Below, one piece after another: positions 1 to 14,030 of a stretch of 64,000 nt of DNA. The first letter of the stretch is position 1; each line of letters begins with the position of its first letter. The position numbers were made by a program, and so were the translations under genes. The stretch spans positions 1,736,001 through 1,800,000 of the forward strand of contig OX337241.1 of assembly GCA_946965045.2 (NCBI GenBank). Reading direction: 5' to 3'. This DNA comes from Epithemia pelagica (taxonomy: Eukaryota; Protista; Bacillariophyta). Under the pieces are notes generated by a model. That model was not told the DNA's origin. It worked only from the letters and a program-made list of their open reading frames with translations, and searched no databases.

Positions 1-389
1 CAAAAGAGTCGCCCTATTGCATATTTGGATTTGTACAAAGAGGGCGAAAAGAGCGCAACAAAAGCGCAACGAGAGCGCAAGGAGCGCGCAACAACCAAAA
101 CAACACCATCGCGCGAACCGAGTCCCTAGCACTAGTGACTAACCTAGATCTACCGATCTAATAGAAATTGAGAGATGAAAATCGTCCAGAAAAGTCCGCC
201 ATGGTCGAATTAGTTGAAGGGTAGTGTTCTTTCGCTCTTTTGTAGCGGTTGAAATTTCACGTATAAAGCACGGCGTTGTGACCCATAGCGGCGTCTCAAA
301 GAGAGACCTCTGACTCTCATTGAGCGCCAAAGATACGACTATCCTCCTTCACCTCAAAGCATTTCCCCTGTGACGAGTTTGTGCGTCTC

Positions 390-3300
390 ATGAGAAGATT
401 TCTTTCGTCTCGATTGTTAAGCAGTCGAAGAAATCAGTCATCGAATCGAAACAACAGCAACGACGACAACAACAACGTCTCTTCTGCTGCTTCTTCGGAA
501 AGACGAGGCGGTTCGAGCGCGACTCGTGTCACGAACGAACGAAAACGACAGAAACAGCAACAACAACACGACGAAATGAGCAACTCTCAGGAAGATCAAC
601 ATGATATTGTGTCGGATTTGGAACGCGTCGAACAACAACTCCATCGCAGCTCGCCCGCAGGCTCTGTATCTTCCAGGATGACGACCAGCGAGGCGGCGGC
701 GGCGACTCAAGAGACTCCAAGGACTGGGCCGGAGGGTTCCTCCTCGGTCATTCGTCATGATCCCAGTTCACCCTCCTCTTCGTCCAACAGCAACAATGGT
801 GGTCGTGCAGTATTCGAATCCATTTCTTCTGCGTTGACTTCCATTCGAAGGCGTTTGACCCATTCCAACAATACTAGCAACAACAACGATTCCTCCACGT
901 CGGCCCCCGCTGCCGCTACTTCGCCTGGAACAACGGTTGGAGTGTCCACCACAGAATTGATGGAACGTTTGGAATCAGCCGAACGTGCGCACAACCATCA
1001 TATTCCATTGGGATTTTTGCACCAAGAAATGGAACGACGTTCGCAATCCACCATTGCGTTGCCCAATGAAACTCTCTCCAGTAGTAACACTAGTCGAAAG
1101 ACGGCTGGAAGTGTCCGCAGCCAGGAAGAATCACAGCAAGGATCGGTAGGACTCGCCAAACGGGACAATTCGGAAGATGGAAATAGTTCCGATTCCGTAC
1201 ATTCCAATCCGGATCGACCACGCCGAACATCTACCTTGATGGCCAGTCGAATGCGAGATGATGCCTTGCAACGACCTGCGGTCGATCGACAGTTGCATAG
1301 TTTGGGGGGTGTCGAAGTTGTCCTTCTATCCACGCTTCCCGAAGACGAAGAAGCAGAGGAAGTGGAGGGTGGAATTCAAATTCAAAACGATCGAGTTCTG
1401 GTGCGCGACGAGGGGGGAGTCACACTGGAAGACGACGCGCGGCGCGCTCCCAGCAGGAAGGTGGAATCTGCCACTAGTGCCGAGGAACCGCTGAACCATA
1501 CCAACAACAATGACATGACACTTCTAATGACGGACAAGAGTCGAGCTCGTTTGGATGAATCTAGCAACAGCGCCATTCAGCTTTTGGGGAGTCACCACCA
1601 GGTGTCGTCTTCCCTCGTCTCGGCTGAATCACCAGAACGAACAGAACCTGTCACACCCGATGATGCGGGACCAAAATTTCCTTCCTCCAAAACTTGCGTC
1701 TATTCTTGGGGATCTGAGGGAAGTCATTCATTGCATGATAATGACACGGTTCGAACACCTGCCGATTCCAAAGTGGTGGATGGTCGAGTGGCACGACATA
1801 CCTTACTTCAAGTCGGTATGGGCCCTCGTCATGGTGCCGCCGTGACGGCTACCGGTCAAGTGTTAATTTGTGGAGAGAATAGTTACGGACAGGTCGATCC
1901 TTCGGATCCATCGAGTTCGGTCATTTCCAAACCACGCTTGTTTGAGTTCCCCTCCTCCATGACACGAATCACCCAGATTTCCTGTGGACGCAGTCACACG
2001 GCGGCTGTGACCGCCAGTGGAACCGTCTTGACGTGGGGAGACAATGCGTTTGGACAATTGGGACAACGGAAACAGCCAAGTACCAGTGCTTATTCCATCC
2101 CCAAGGTCATGGTAGGAGTGTCCCGTGCGGCGCAGGTGGCCTGTGGACATGATTTTACCACTGTCTTGACGACGCGGATGGAACTCTTTGTATGTGGTAG
2201 TCAAGACGTGGTGACGTGGACCAACAGCGGCGACAACAACAACAACAAACAGAATGAACCACCTCTTCCCACCACGGTACCGTCCCTAGAGGGACTTCCC
2301 CTAGTCAAAGTCGTGGCAGGTGCTCGCCATGTCGTTGTCTTGACAGCGTTTGGAACTGCCTATGCTTGGGGGTCCAATGAAGAAGGATGCTGTTCACGAG
2401 CCTTTCCCAAGTGCATTCATACACCAGTACCCATTATATTCACCACCGACAATATGGATACTGAAACCGAACACAACGATATTCTGTCCCCCTTTCCGCA
2501 TTGGAGTCGGAAAGGATGCGACGACCGGTTAGCACTGGATCCCTCTGTCGCCATTCAAGATGCTGCATGTGGAGAAGCTTTTACGGTTCTTTTGACAAAG
2601 ACTGGTCAAGTATATGTTTGTGGTAGTAACGGACAAGGACAGCTTGGAATGGAAACGCCTTGCGTACTCACATCGACTCTTTTGTCGGCCGTGGACGGCA
2701 AGGGAATCACAGCGGTTGCGGCTGGTCAGTGCCAATCTCTCCTGCTAAGTGAGAACGGAGATGTATGGAGCATGGGCGCTGGCGAGAAGCTTCATGTTGT
2801 TTTAAAAGATAAGGGAATTCGTCATGTCTTTGCGGGCGGCAAAGAGGTTGTGGCCATATCTCCAGCCAACTTGCCTCGCGCAGTTCCTGGAGGCCGACGA
2901 ATTGAACGCGAGTTTTCTCTGCAAAAAGGCAGCGATGATGGTGTGGATGAAATGGTGATCGCCGGCTCCAATGACGGTGATGTGTTTTTGGTGGAGACAC
3001 TGATGGCACAGGAAGACCAAGGGCGACTTTTGAAGCGCATACATGCCTTTTTCTCAAGCCCCACAATTTGGAATTCCCTCTTTCTTGATCCTTCAGAATG
3101 CGATGACCTGTATCAACAGCTTCTGTCTCGGAGCGATACGGATGTGGATACGTCAGCAACAGTGGCGATTGCCAAAGCTATGCAAGAAGCCATGCTACGA
3201 GGACTTGAAAACCTTCGATCGGCTCGGCACTTGTATCCAGAGTCCGTTCGTTTCTTGTTGCTGTTTTTGCAATGCCCATTGTTCCTGGATAATAAGGTCG

Positions 3301-5130
3301 GTGACGAACAAAGCGGATTTGAATTCGACGCACGTGGAGAACTGTCTCTGTCGCTCTGCGAAAGCTTTCTGAATTTACCCTTTGAAGGATACCGAGCCAT
3401 TCAACAGTGGGCTGCCAGTGTCTATGGACCCAAGTATTTTTCCAAGTTCCTGGTTCGACCGTTGATTGCGATGTTGGAGCGTGGAGTTGCGGATGGGGGC
3501 GGTGCCAAATCTCGTTCTGTGACTGGCGTTGTCACCTTGTTACGATGGTTTCATGGAACTTGGGAACGGAACCCTTCGTTAGGCACAGCAGAAGACTTTC
3601 ATAGTGAAGCGATTGGTAAAATGGATCCAGAGGTTTTGTATGAAGACCTGAAAATGTGGAAAGATAGAGGCAAGCGATCTGGAACATTTTTCCTTAGCGC
3701 CCATCCCTTCTTGCTTTCACCGCGAACCAAGCGCACATTGCTGATGATCGAAAATCAGGTTGAAATGTTGCGCGCGGCAACATCGAATTTGGTGCGTATT
3801 CGTTTCTTTTTGTACCTCACGTAACGCCTCTCCATCGAACCTGAATGCTAATTTTGTTGTTGTTATTGTGCGATGGAAACAGAAATGGGATCGCGATAAT
3901 CACCAGTTTGTCTTCGACCCGTACTTTGTGCTTGCAATAGATCGCCAAAACCTTTTGCCACAAGCATTGCAACGTATTATGGAAGGTAAGTCCTGCATCG
4001 TGATCTTCGATTTCCTAGGGACGTCGGATGGTTTCTCACTAGAACGTTGTTGTTAGCCTCCCACACAGAGCTCCGGAAGTCACTCAAGATTGTGTTTAAG
4101 GGCGAAGATGCCGTTGATGCAGGGGGAGTAACCAAAGAGTTCTTTCAGTTGCTTAGCCATCAGTTGTTTGATATGAACACTGGTATGTGGTCGTCCCAAT
4201 TTGGTGATACGGTCACCTGGTTCAATGGGGACTGCACATGGAACGACGATGGTTATTATCTCGTGGGTGTCCTTACTGGTTTAGCGATTTACAATGCGGT
4301 CATTCTTGATGTGCACTTCCCTCGAGCCGTATACCGGAAACTTCTTGGCCACACCCTAGGGCTTGAAGACATGGTCGATGAAGAAACGAAAAAGGGTTTG
4401 GAGCAGCTGCTGGCTTATGAGGGTGACGACGTTGAAGATATATTCTGCTTGTCATTTGAACACACTTGGATGGATCTCGGTATGGAACGGCGCGTTGAAT
4501 TGAAACCAGGAGGGGCAGATATCCCCGTGACATCGCAAAACAAGGAGGAGTATGTGATGCTATACGTTAAATGGCTTCTGGTAGATAGTATACAAGCTCA
4601 ATACGAAAACTTTGAGCGCGGTGTCATGCAAGTTTTGGAGAGCTCGAGTTTAGATCTGTTGGAACCAGACGAGATGGAACTTTTGTTGGTTGGAACACCT
4701 GAGTTGGATTTGGATGCCTGGGAAAAGAACACGTCATACGAAGGATTTGAAGCTGATTCTGCTGTCATCCAGAATTTTTGGAAATTTGTCCGCAACTCTG
4801 ATCGAGAAACGCATTTGCGTCTTCTGAAATTCACCACCGGTGCTTCTCGTGCACCTATTGGTGGACTTGGTGCCATGCCCTTCAAAATTCAACGTGCTGG
4901 AGGAGACTCCATGCAACTACCAACATCCCACACCTGCTTTAATATTCTGATTCTGCGTAAGTGATTTGTTGATGTCACCAGTGACGCATGTGACAGAAGA
5001 TGTTTTTTGGTACCAAACTCTTATTTTTCTTTGCTGATGGGTTACAGCTGATTATGGAGAGAGCTATGAAAAGCTGGAACGTCTTTTGGGTCGGGCGATT
5101 TTAGAATGTGAGGGCTTCGGTCTTCAGTGA
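390..5130 (+). CDS. HERC-like E3 ubiquitin ligase (low-complexity N-terminus, RCC1 repeats, C-terminal HECT domain); exons 390-3791, 3883-3985, 4057-4956, 5048-5130
   Basis: RCC1 motifs (QISCGRSHTAAVT, LTWGDNAFGQLG, VACGHDF, AGARH, GSNGQGQLG). HECT motifs (FKGEDAVDAGGVTKEFF, LLKFTTG, LPTSHTCFNIL with catalytic Cys). Three GT..AG introns (3792-3882, 3986-4056, 4957-5047) keep the frame, giving a typical HECT end LPDY..ECEGFGLQ*. ATG at 390. Confidence 0.92.
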
Positions 5131-5474
5131 GCGGTGGACGATTCGCAAAATTCTGAAGTCAAAACGAGATTGCGGAAGAGAGAACTGACAATATGTGCTT
5201 TTACATTGACACCCCTCTAGTCAAGCCACACTATGAGGAGCACCATATCTGCTATTGTTGCAATAAACACTTTTTCGTAGAAATCACATGTTTTTCCACG
5301 ACATGACACTAGTTCGTTCCTAGCGAACATGTAGACTCAATCTCACAGCTTCTCATCCCACAGACTACCATGTCCAGTCGACGCTACTTTCTAGGGTGGT
5401 GTTGTCCTTCCCACCAGACAGGAAAAAGAGCCCTTTGTTCAGCAATCCACAATAGTATTCCCAATGCGAGTGAA

Positions 5475-7753
5475 CTATGCACGCTCTCGATGAGACAAAC
5501 GGAATCTTCGGGCAATCTTCATGGTTACATCCGCGGCATAGATTTCGGGAATGTCTCGAATCTCTAGCTCCAAATCACTTAACTGAGCAAACAGACACTG
5601 ACAACGGACCAGAACTGGGAACATGGGTTTTTCTCCTGTTTGTTCGTATCTGGCACTTGGCGACATCTGAAATCGAGCTTGAAGCTGAAATTTCTCTCCT
5701 TCTGCCAGTTCCTCCACGCACCACGTCACACATCGTTTGTCGTCATTCCACACACCTCCAGCAGGTTGTGTTACCAAGGTTTCACCAGCAATGTCATCTG
5801 GAACGCCCATTATAATGGTGAGGTCGGTGAGCTTCGCTTCGTTATTAGGATTCGAACTAATTTGCAGAGCCACGCGGCACTGCTCATTCTCGGTTTTGGC
5901 CCGTGTTTGGACCCGCTTTATCCGTGAAAAACAACATAATGGTGAGTCCTCAATCTGGGTTGAACGATCGATATGATCAACAACATCTTACTTACAATTG
6001 GAACCGGGCGGAGATCATCCACGCACTTATATCGAACAACTGGGAAATAACTATCGCCATTCGGAACAGAGATCGTGTATTTTCTGTCGGCATCGTCCTC
6101 CTCCAAAATGGCATCAGATACATCATCCGCAAACTTTCGATTTTCCTGGAATGTGTCCACTTGTTCTGAAGGGTCTCTCAAGAACAGGTAGAATGGAGCC
6201 GTTTGGGCATTTGCCCGCACTTGCACTTGCACTACACCCTCCACACTACACGAGGAAAGCTGGGACGCACGATACGAGCATGACAGGTCCTCATTCAAAG
6301 CCACATTCACTTGCAGCTTGTTTTGACTTGAAACGGTCCCGTCTTCATCCTCGAAATTCTGTCGTCCCGACGATGATGACCCAACGGAGGTAAATTTTTG
6401 TTGTTGACCGAATGGGTCAAAGCTTCCCCCTGTAGCGGTCGTGTTGTCATCTGTCTCCACAAAGCTTCCTGGGTTACTCGATGTGGCTCCTCTTCGACGC
6501 CCTGTTCCTGAATCACGAGGAGCGCTCAACATGGGAGCAGCTTTCAGCTTAGTATCTTTGGCTGGTTGGCGCAACGCTTGTACAGCTTGACGAGGAGCAC
6601 CGATAGCAGCAATACCCTTAGAATGGCCACTTTGAGTTGAATGAAATGAAGACGATTGAAGTTTATGGTGATGTGAAGACGACCCTCCAATGCCACCACC
6701 ACCACCTCCAGCTGGATCTCGACTTGGCCCTTTGTAGTCGAAATTATCAAAATCGGCATCACGACCACTGCTTCGCTTGCGGCTGCTAAATCTCCCTTTG
6801 GCAGTTCCTCCAGTAAGATCAAGATTGGACTTTCGCTCAAAAGCACTTTGTGAGTATTTTTGCAATTTCGTTTCAAGTTCTGCCACTGATAACACTTTGA
6901 GGCGTTCCGATATTAACCGAGTTTCCTCTGCTCCACGGATTTCGATGTTCAAGACGGTGTCTCCATCCCTTCTGCCATGATCGTCATCATCCATCGCTCG
7001 ATTTGAAGATCGCTTTGTTCGAACTCCTAGTGGGGATATTAGTCCTCCACCCTTCTTCTGCTGAGTAGATTCGTCGGGTTCTGGCACTGCAGACAATCGG
7101 ATGGCTTCAATTCGAGAGTTTGTCATTCTTGCATCGTCTTCGTACAGAAGTAGAGTTGCAAGTAATGTCTTGACCGAGTTTCCGTCCAGGTCTCCCCGTC
7201 GCGTAAGAATTTCCTTGCAATCATTGACCCGTTCACTCAAGTGATAAAACAAATCAGAGGGCATGGTAACCAGCGGGAGGCCTGTAATTCCAACACAAAG
7301 CAAGAACCCCCAGATTCCCTCCAACGAATTGAGCGTCGATGCTTCAGAGTTGCTCTTTGTGGCCATCAATATCATATTGGCCAACTTATTTACCACTGCC
7401 TTATTGTCAGTTCGAACAAGACGGTAGTAAAGTCCAATTCCAGCGCTTGACAGAGGAGAGAAAAGTTGGACGTCTTCCATCTGTCTCGCATCTTCCTTGA
7501 AAAATGTCATAGCAATTTGATCCGAAGGATCTGCCGACACTTCCGTCGCGGCTTTAATGGTTGAATTTAAATGAAAGTGTAGTTCTTTGAGAGCTTCCAG
7601 CGCTTGAGATTGAGATATGGATGCTAAGGGTGCGGAAAGCAAAATTGGTGACACCATTTGCACCGATCGCTCATGCTGTTCGTCCACATTCAGTACAATG
7701 GATAAAGAAACAAACTGGGACTGAGCCGTCGTCGACGAGTTCAAAAGTTGCAT
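5475..7753 (-). CDS. Protein with C-terminal mu-homology domain (muniscin/stonin/adaptor medium-chain-like, endocytosis/trafficking); intron 5916-5995
   Basis: ORFs 5918-7759 and 5475-5873 join in frame through a GTAAGT..AG intron (PVPI|RVQTRAK). The beta-rich C-terminus (LQVNVALNEDLSCSY..VEGVVQVQV, PVVRYK, VTWCVEEL, FPVLVRCQ, RRFR) resembles a mu-homology domain, preceded by a G/S-rich linker. First ATG at 7753; the track start is TTG. Confidence 0.7.
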
Positions 7754-8502
7754 GGTCAATTGTCACCGGTCATCCGTCGAGGTATCCCATGGCGATGGAA
7801 TCCGCGAACCGGGTCTGTCACACCCAAGCGAGTAACATCGGATATGGAGAATTTACGTCCGCTGAATCAACCATGGTGGACCCGACAAGGTGTGATGGGG
7901 ATCGCTATGCCTCGCGAACGGCAAGTCATAGATAAAACCGACGCAATTCTAACTTACTCCTAGAGAGTGGTTCATGGTTGTTTCTTTGAGATGCTATAAA
8001 AGACTATGCATAATATAAACTAAACTTGCTCTTGGCACTTTGACCTTGTCAACAAAAAGGTACTCCCATGGTAAAAATGCAGAATCAAACTGTGGAGTGG
8101 GCACACTTATGCGGCTGGCGCAACCAAAAATCGTGTACATGCCACTCTACCAAACACAACTGTCTGATTGAAAAACTTGGTATCATTGCGGGAGAGGGAA
8201 TCAAAGAGATCTACATGGCGATAATTCTCAATGGAACAAAGACAGTCCATAGCCCCTTGGTGTATCCAGAAGTGAGACATCAAATGCCCCATGTTGGACA
8301 AAAGGGCCAGAGAGACAAGAAAGAGGAATTCATCATCATCGCGGAGTTGGCCGACAGCATGAAATAAGCTCACCGAGCTCATTTGATAGAGATGAAGAGA
8401 TTGTTGAAGGTACAAGGATGAACCGGTTTCCGTTGCGAGCGCTTGTCCATGGAATGCCAGAGCAAGGTTATACATGACAATTGATCGGGCGATCGTGCTC
8501 AG

Positions 8503-8893
8503 TGTTGAAGCGCGAGAACCGACGGACGAACGATTCGGAAGCTGGTCATTCGGAAGCAATGCCGATTACGACAAAGACCAAACTTGTCCACCAGGGAGAC
8601 AAGAAGTCATACTGGAACATCAGCAATACAGATGGGGACACAAGTCAACCACATGATAGCAAGGATAACAAGAAAGGAAAAGCGATGGCCGGATCAGACG
8701 CCGGTCTTAATGCCTTTGGAATGACCACGACAAGAAGTTACAGGGACATCCTGATCGGAGAAGGTCATGGAGCTCAAAATAAGACTAGATTAACGACGAG
8801 CTGAGAGAGCTCACTCTATAGCGAAAACGAAGTTTGTAAGGAGAAACAAGCGTGCCATTACATAGGCTGAAGGCTGAGCAATTGGTTCTAACA
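8503..8893 (+). repeat. 5' LTR of copia element
   Basis: Starts TGTTGAAG and ends CTAACA. Matches 13729-14119; I saw two differences (8659 G/13885 A and 8860 A/14086 G). Confidence 0.97.
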
Positions 8894-8907
8894 TTTTCGC
8901 TATAGAG
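8894..8907 (+). promoter_or_regulatory. Putative self-priming primer-binding site (complement of LTR 8814-8827)
   Basis: TTTTCGCTATAGAG directly abuts the 5' LTR and is the exact reverse complement of CTCTATAGCGAAAA inside the LTR. There is no TGG tRNA-type PBS. Confidence 0.65.
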
Positions 8908-8909
8908 CG

Positions 8910-11900
8910 ATGTCAAGTGACAGTAATGCTCCCTCTCCCCCAAGAGATGGTGGAAGCAATGGCCGTGGAAATGGCCGTCCACGCACCGGCCGAGGTGGCA
9001 GAGGTAACCGATTCCGTACAGGCCGAAGAAATAATCAGTTTCAGAGAAGTCGCTTTGAAGGACGGGAGACGGCGTTGGCGGGCCACATCTACGATTACAA
9101 CGGGGAGAGAACCCCCGATAAGTACATACGTACTACCAAGGAGATTGCGAACTACGTTGGAAGGACGTTTACAAAATACCCAGGCGACTACACAGCAGCG
9201 ATAGAGACGCTAGAACTCGATGACCCAGATGAACCAAATGATCCTGACCCAAATGATCAGGTGGCATTTGAACATTGGAAGTTGAACATCAAGGATCATC
9301 GTACCAAGATGCAAGAATATGCAAACTTTCGAGCAAGTCTGTACAGCCTTGTGTTCGAACAATGTACAGACGCGATGCAGGAACGGCTTAAGTCGCATGA
9401 AGACTTTGAAGCCGCGAGCCAGGATGGGATTGCTCTACTGGTTATTGTGAGATCCCTCATCCATACGTTTGAGGAGAAGAGGAACCTAGCTGACTCGTTG
9501 TGTGACGTAAAAGAGAGCTTTTACAAACTTAGACAGGGCAAACACATGTCACTGGAGAAATATCACGAATTGTTCGTGGCTCAAGTTGCAGTCCTAGACG
9601 AGGTGGGCATTACCGTGTGGGATCAAGCACTGGTCGATAACATTGCTGAGAGCAATGGACGAGGTGATGCACCTGAAGAAGAGGACTATGAGGAAGCCAA
9701 ACAACGCGCCTTGGCTATCCGATTTATCCGGGGAACCAATGAGAACCGTAAGGGTTATATTAAACATCTGCGGAACAGCCACTTGGACAATCACGACAAC
9801 TATCCAAAGACGGTATCCGATGCTTTCAATATTCTTCAGAGGCGTGATGAAGACACAGTGGCCATCATTCCTGAGAATGACGGAGTGGCATTTGCACAAA
9901 CCTCAACTAATGGGAGAGACATGAGTCAAGTCATCTGTTACAACTGCGGAGAACCAGGTCATTACGCAAGAGACTGCCCACACCAGCAGGGTCAAGAAGG
10001 AAACGGTAACAACAACAATGATGACAACAACAACAACGGTGAGAGCACTGAAGTAAATGCTGTGACGTTCTCGTTTTCCCAATCTAACGCTATTGTACCC
10101 AAGACGTGGATCCTTCTGGATAGTCAGTCGACGGTGGATTGTTTCAGTAACAGAGCCTTGCTCAAGAATATACGTAAGACAAATAAGAAGATTAATATCT
10201 ATTGCAATGCAGGAAGACGCACAATTGACATGGTTGGAGACTTGGAAGGATATGATGAGGTGTGGCACGACCCAAAAGGAATTGCAAATGTGCTGAGTCT
10301 CAGTCGGATCAGAAAGAAATATGGAAGGGTGGACTATGTGGCCAAGAAAAGCGGGGGCGAGTTCACTGTTTATAAGCCAGACGGAAAAAGGCATATTTTC
10401 AAGGAAGCCGAGTCGGGACTACACTACCTAGACACTTCAAGCCCAAATGATGAGATGCATGATGATGGACATATGTTGGTGGTGAATACAGTCAGGGACA
10501 ATAAATCTAAATACACCAACAACGACTACATGAGAGCCCTTAGAGCACGAGAACTTCAAATCAAGATTTGACGACCAAGTACAAGGGACTACATTAAAAT
10601 TGTGGAAGGAAGTTCCCTACCAAATTGTCCAGTGACGAGGGCCGATATATTGGCTGCAGAACACATTTTTGGGCCTGACATTGGAGCGCTAAAAGGAAAG
10701 ACGACTAGAAGGCGACCACCTATTGTGGACTCACCCGTAACACCTGTCCCGAATGTTATTTTGGAGAAGTACAGACGTGTGACCATCTGTGTGGACGTAC
10801 TACATATCAACAACATCCCAATGCTAGCTAGCATTTCAAGAAACATCAAGTTTGGAACAGTCGAAGCCATGGCGAGCTTGAAAGAAGGCCCAATGTTGGA
10901 AGCAATCAAACACATCTGCCAGGTATATCGAAGAGCCGGTTTCAAGGTGGAATCGTCACTGATGGATGGCGCATTCTCGTATTTGAAGGGCGCTCTAGCC
11001 GACATGGGGATCGCACTCAATGATACTTCGAGAGACGAACACGTTGGAGACGTGGAAAGATACATCAGGACGATGAAGGAGCGGATTCGGGCAACTTACA
11101 ATACACTACCGTTTAAGAAAATACCTGGGAGACTAGTCATCGAAATGACAAAGTCGGCTGTGTTCAGGCTGAACGGGTTTCCTATTGCGAGTGGCGTATC
11201 TCAAGAGGCAAGTCCCAGAACGATCATTACAGAACAAAAGTTAGATTATAGCCGCCACTGCAAGTATCAATCCGGGGAATACTGCCAAACACACGAAGAG
11301 CACGACAACTCTATGAATCCAAGGACGATTGGGGCACTCGCACTACGACCAACCGGAAACGCCCAAGGAAGTTATTATTTTCTTAGTCTTTCAACGGGAC
11401 GAGTTATCAATCGACTACACGCAACTGCTCTACCTATGCCTGACGATGTTATCGATCAGGTGCACAGGATGGCACGACAACAAAAGGCAAACCCTGGTCT
11501 TGTGTTCGGGGACAGAAACAACCTGGCAAACATTCTTGATTTGGATGATGACGACGAAGACGATGACGACTTTATCCCCAACGAGATGGACGAAATAGAC
11601 GACGATTACGACGAATACGACGATCCAGAGGATGAGATTGCCGACAATGAGGATGAAAACCAAGGAGTGTTGCTCGTGGTGGAGGAAAACCAAGGAGTGT
11701 TGCCCGTAATGGAGGTAGCGGAAAATGAAGGAGTGCCACCAGTTGTCATGGAACAGGAGCCGGAGGATGATGCTATGGACCCTATCGATCATGACGCCGA
11801 CATGGATGACGTGCCGATTGAAGAAGAACAGGAAGAGAGGTCCGTGAACAATACGGACGAAAATAATGACCCGGTGATGGCTGCGGCTGAAGAAGGTGAT

Positions 11901-14030
11901 GATCAGTCTCAACATGATGAGGAGGAAAGTGGTAACCGTGAGAATGAAGGAAGATACAGCTTACGAAGCCGCAGAACACGAAACTATAGTCACAGATACA
12001 ATCCTCAGGAGTTTGACACAAGCGACCGAGAAAATGATGACGAGGATGGTGCAGTCATGGCTGAAGTGGCAGGAGTTGAAGATATCGTGGAGACTCCACA
12101 AATGTCATTGAAGTTGGGGTTGAAAAAGTTCGGCGAAGAAGGATTGGACGCTGTTCGGAAAGAGATGAGACAACTGCATGACAGAAAGGTTATGAGGCCG
12201 GTCGCGCGGTATAGCTTAACTCCAAAACAACGAAGAGATGCGCTGGCCTATCTTATGTTCCTAAAAAGGAAGAGAACAGGCAAAGTGAAGGGTCGCGGAT
12301 GCGCGGATGGGCGCAAACAGCGCGATTATATACCCAAAGAGGATTCGACGTCACCTACAGTAAAAACAGAGTCGGTTTTACGAACAGCCGCTATCGACGC
12401 AAAAGAAAAACGAGACGTTGCAGTGGTAGGTGGTAGATGTCCCAGGGGCCTTTATGCAGGCAGATATGGACGACATTGTTCACATCAGATTTACTGGGGA
12501 AATGCTAGAGATGTTACTGGAAATTGACCCATGCTATGCCGGCTACATATGCTATGAACGAGGGGAGAAAGTGTTATACGTGGTGTTGGACAAGGCCCTT
12601 TACGGTACTCCAAAGGCAGCTCGGCTATTTTGGGAGATGCTAAGCAAGCAACTGGTTGAATGGGGTTTTGTTGTGAACCCATATGATGAGTGTGTGGCGA
12701 ATAAGGAGTGCAGTGGTGGCCAATTGACAGTCACCTGGCATGTGGACGATATCAAGGTTTCACACAAGTCCAGCACAGTCGTAGATCAGTTCATTCAACA
12801 AATGGAAGAAACCTTTGGGAAAGAAGGACCCCTAACAATATCACGAGGAAAAGTGCACGACTACCTCGGTATGATACTTGACTATTCAGTGGAGGGGTCA
12901 GTGATTATCAGAATGGAGAGCTACATCAACAATATGATCAATGACATGCCCCAGGACATGATAGGAGTGGCATCAACACCCGCTTCCAGCAGTTTGTTCA
13001 AAGTGAACAAACTTTAAATTCCAAGAAGAAGGAAATTTTTGTGCACCTTGTAATGCAAGCCCTCTATCTCAGTCAGAGGGGTCGTCCTGATATCCGTACA
13101 GCAGTGTCTTTCCTGTGCGGGCGACTAACTTGCCCTGACGAAGATGATTACAGTAAACTCAGTCGAATGATGAAGTATCTACAAGGAACCCGGTCGCTTC
13201 GTTTAACTCTACGGGTAGAGGATGATGGAAAACTGCAATGGTGGATTGATGCTTCATATGCAGTGCACCCCAACATGAGGGGTCATACAGGAGCAACGAT
13301 GTCAATGGGTAAAGGCTCAGTGTTCAGTGGATCTTGGAAACAAAAGATGGTGACTCGTAGCTCGACTGAAAGTGAGGTTGTCGGCGTGCACGATGTCCTT
13401 CCACAGATATTGTGGACCAAAATGTTCTTGGAAGCACAAGGGTTTTCCATCGCTGCAAACGTGCTGTATCAAGATAACATGAGTTCTATACTTCTTGAGA
13501 AGAATGGACGTCAATCAAGCACGAAACGAACCAAACACATGCACATACGTTATTTTTATATCACCGACCAAGTGAAGAAAGGGGAAATATCAATCGAACA
13601 CTGTCCAACCAAGGACATGATGGCGGACTTTTTCACAAAGCCTCTTCAAGGACACCTGTTTCACAAGTTGCGGAACCTCGTAATGGGAATGGATCCACCA
13701 ACTGACCAGATGGAGGACCCAAGGAGTGTGTTGAAGCGCGAGAACCGACGGACGAACGATTCGGAAGCTGGTCATTCGGAAGCAATGCCGATTACGACAA
13801 AGACCAAACTTGTCCACCAGGGAGACAAGAAGTCATACTGGAACATCAGCAATACAGATGGGGACACAAGTCAACCACATGATAACAAGGATAACAAGAA
13901 AGGAAAAGCGATGGCCGGATCAGACGCCGGTCTTAATGCCTTTGGAATGACCACGACAAGAAGTTACAGGGACATCCTGATCGGAGAAGGTCATGGAGCT
14001 CAAAATAAGACTAGATTAACGACGAGCTGA
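8910..14030 (+). pseudogene. Copia gag-pol polyprotein, disrupted
   Basis: Zinc knuckle CYNCGEPGHYARDC; protease WILLDSQST; integrase TICVDVLHIN..EHVGDVERYIRTMKER; RT VVDVPGAF, LDKALYG, WHVDD; RNase H WIDASYA, TRSSTESE, LYQDN, ADFFTKPL. Lesions: TGA at 10569-10571, a GTGGTAG duplication frameshift near 12423-12436, and a deletion/frameshift near 13015. Confidence 0.93.

Noticed and set aside
8481-8804. 107-aa ORF in the 5' LTR as an independent gene
   Set aside because: It is the LTR copy of the pol C-terminal extension and its track start lies outside the LTR.
8894-8911. tRNA-Met type primer-binding site
   Set aside because: Does not start with TGG and does not resemble the complement of an initiator tRNA 3' end; better explained by complementarity to the LTR.
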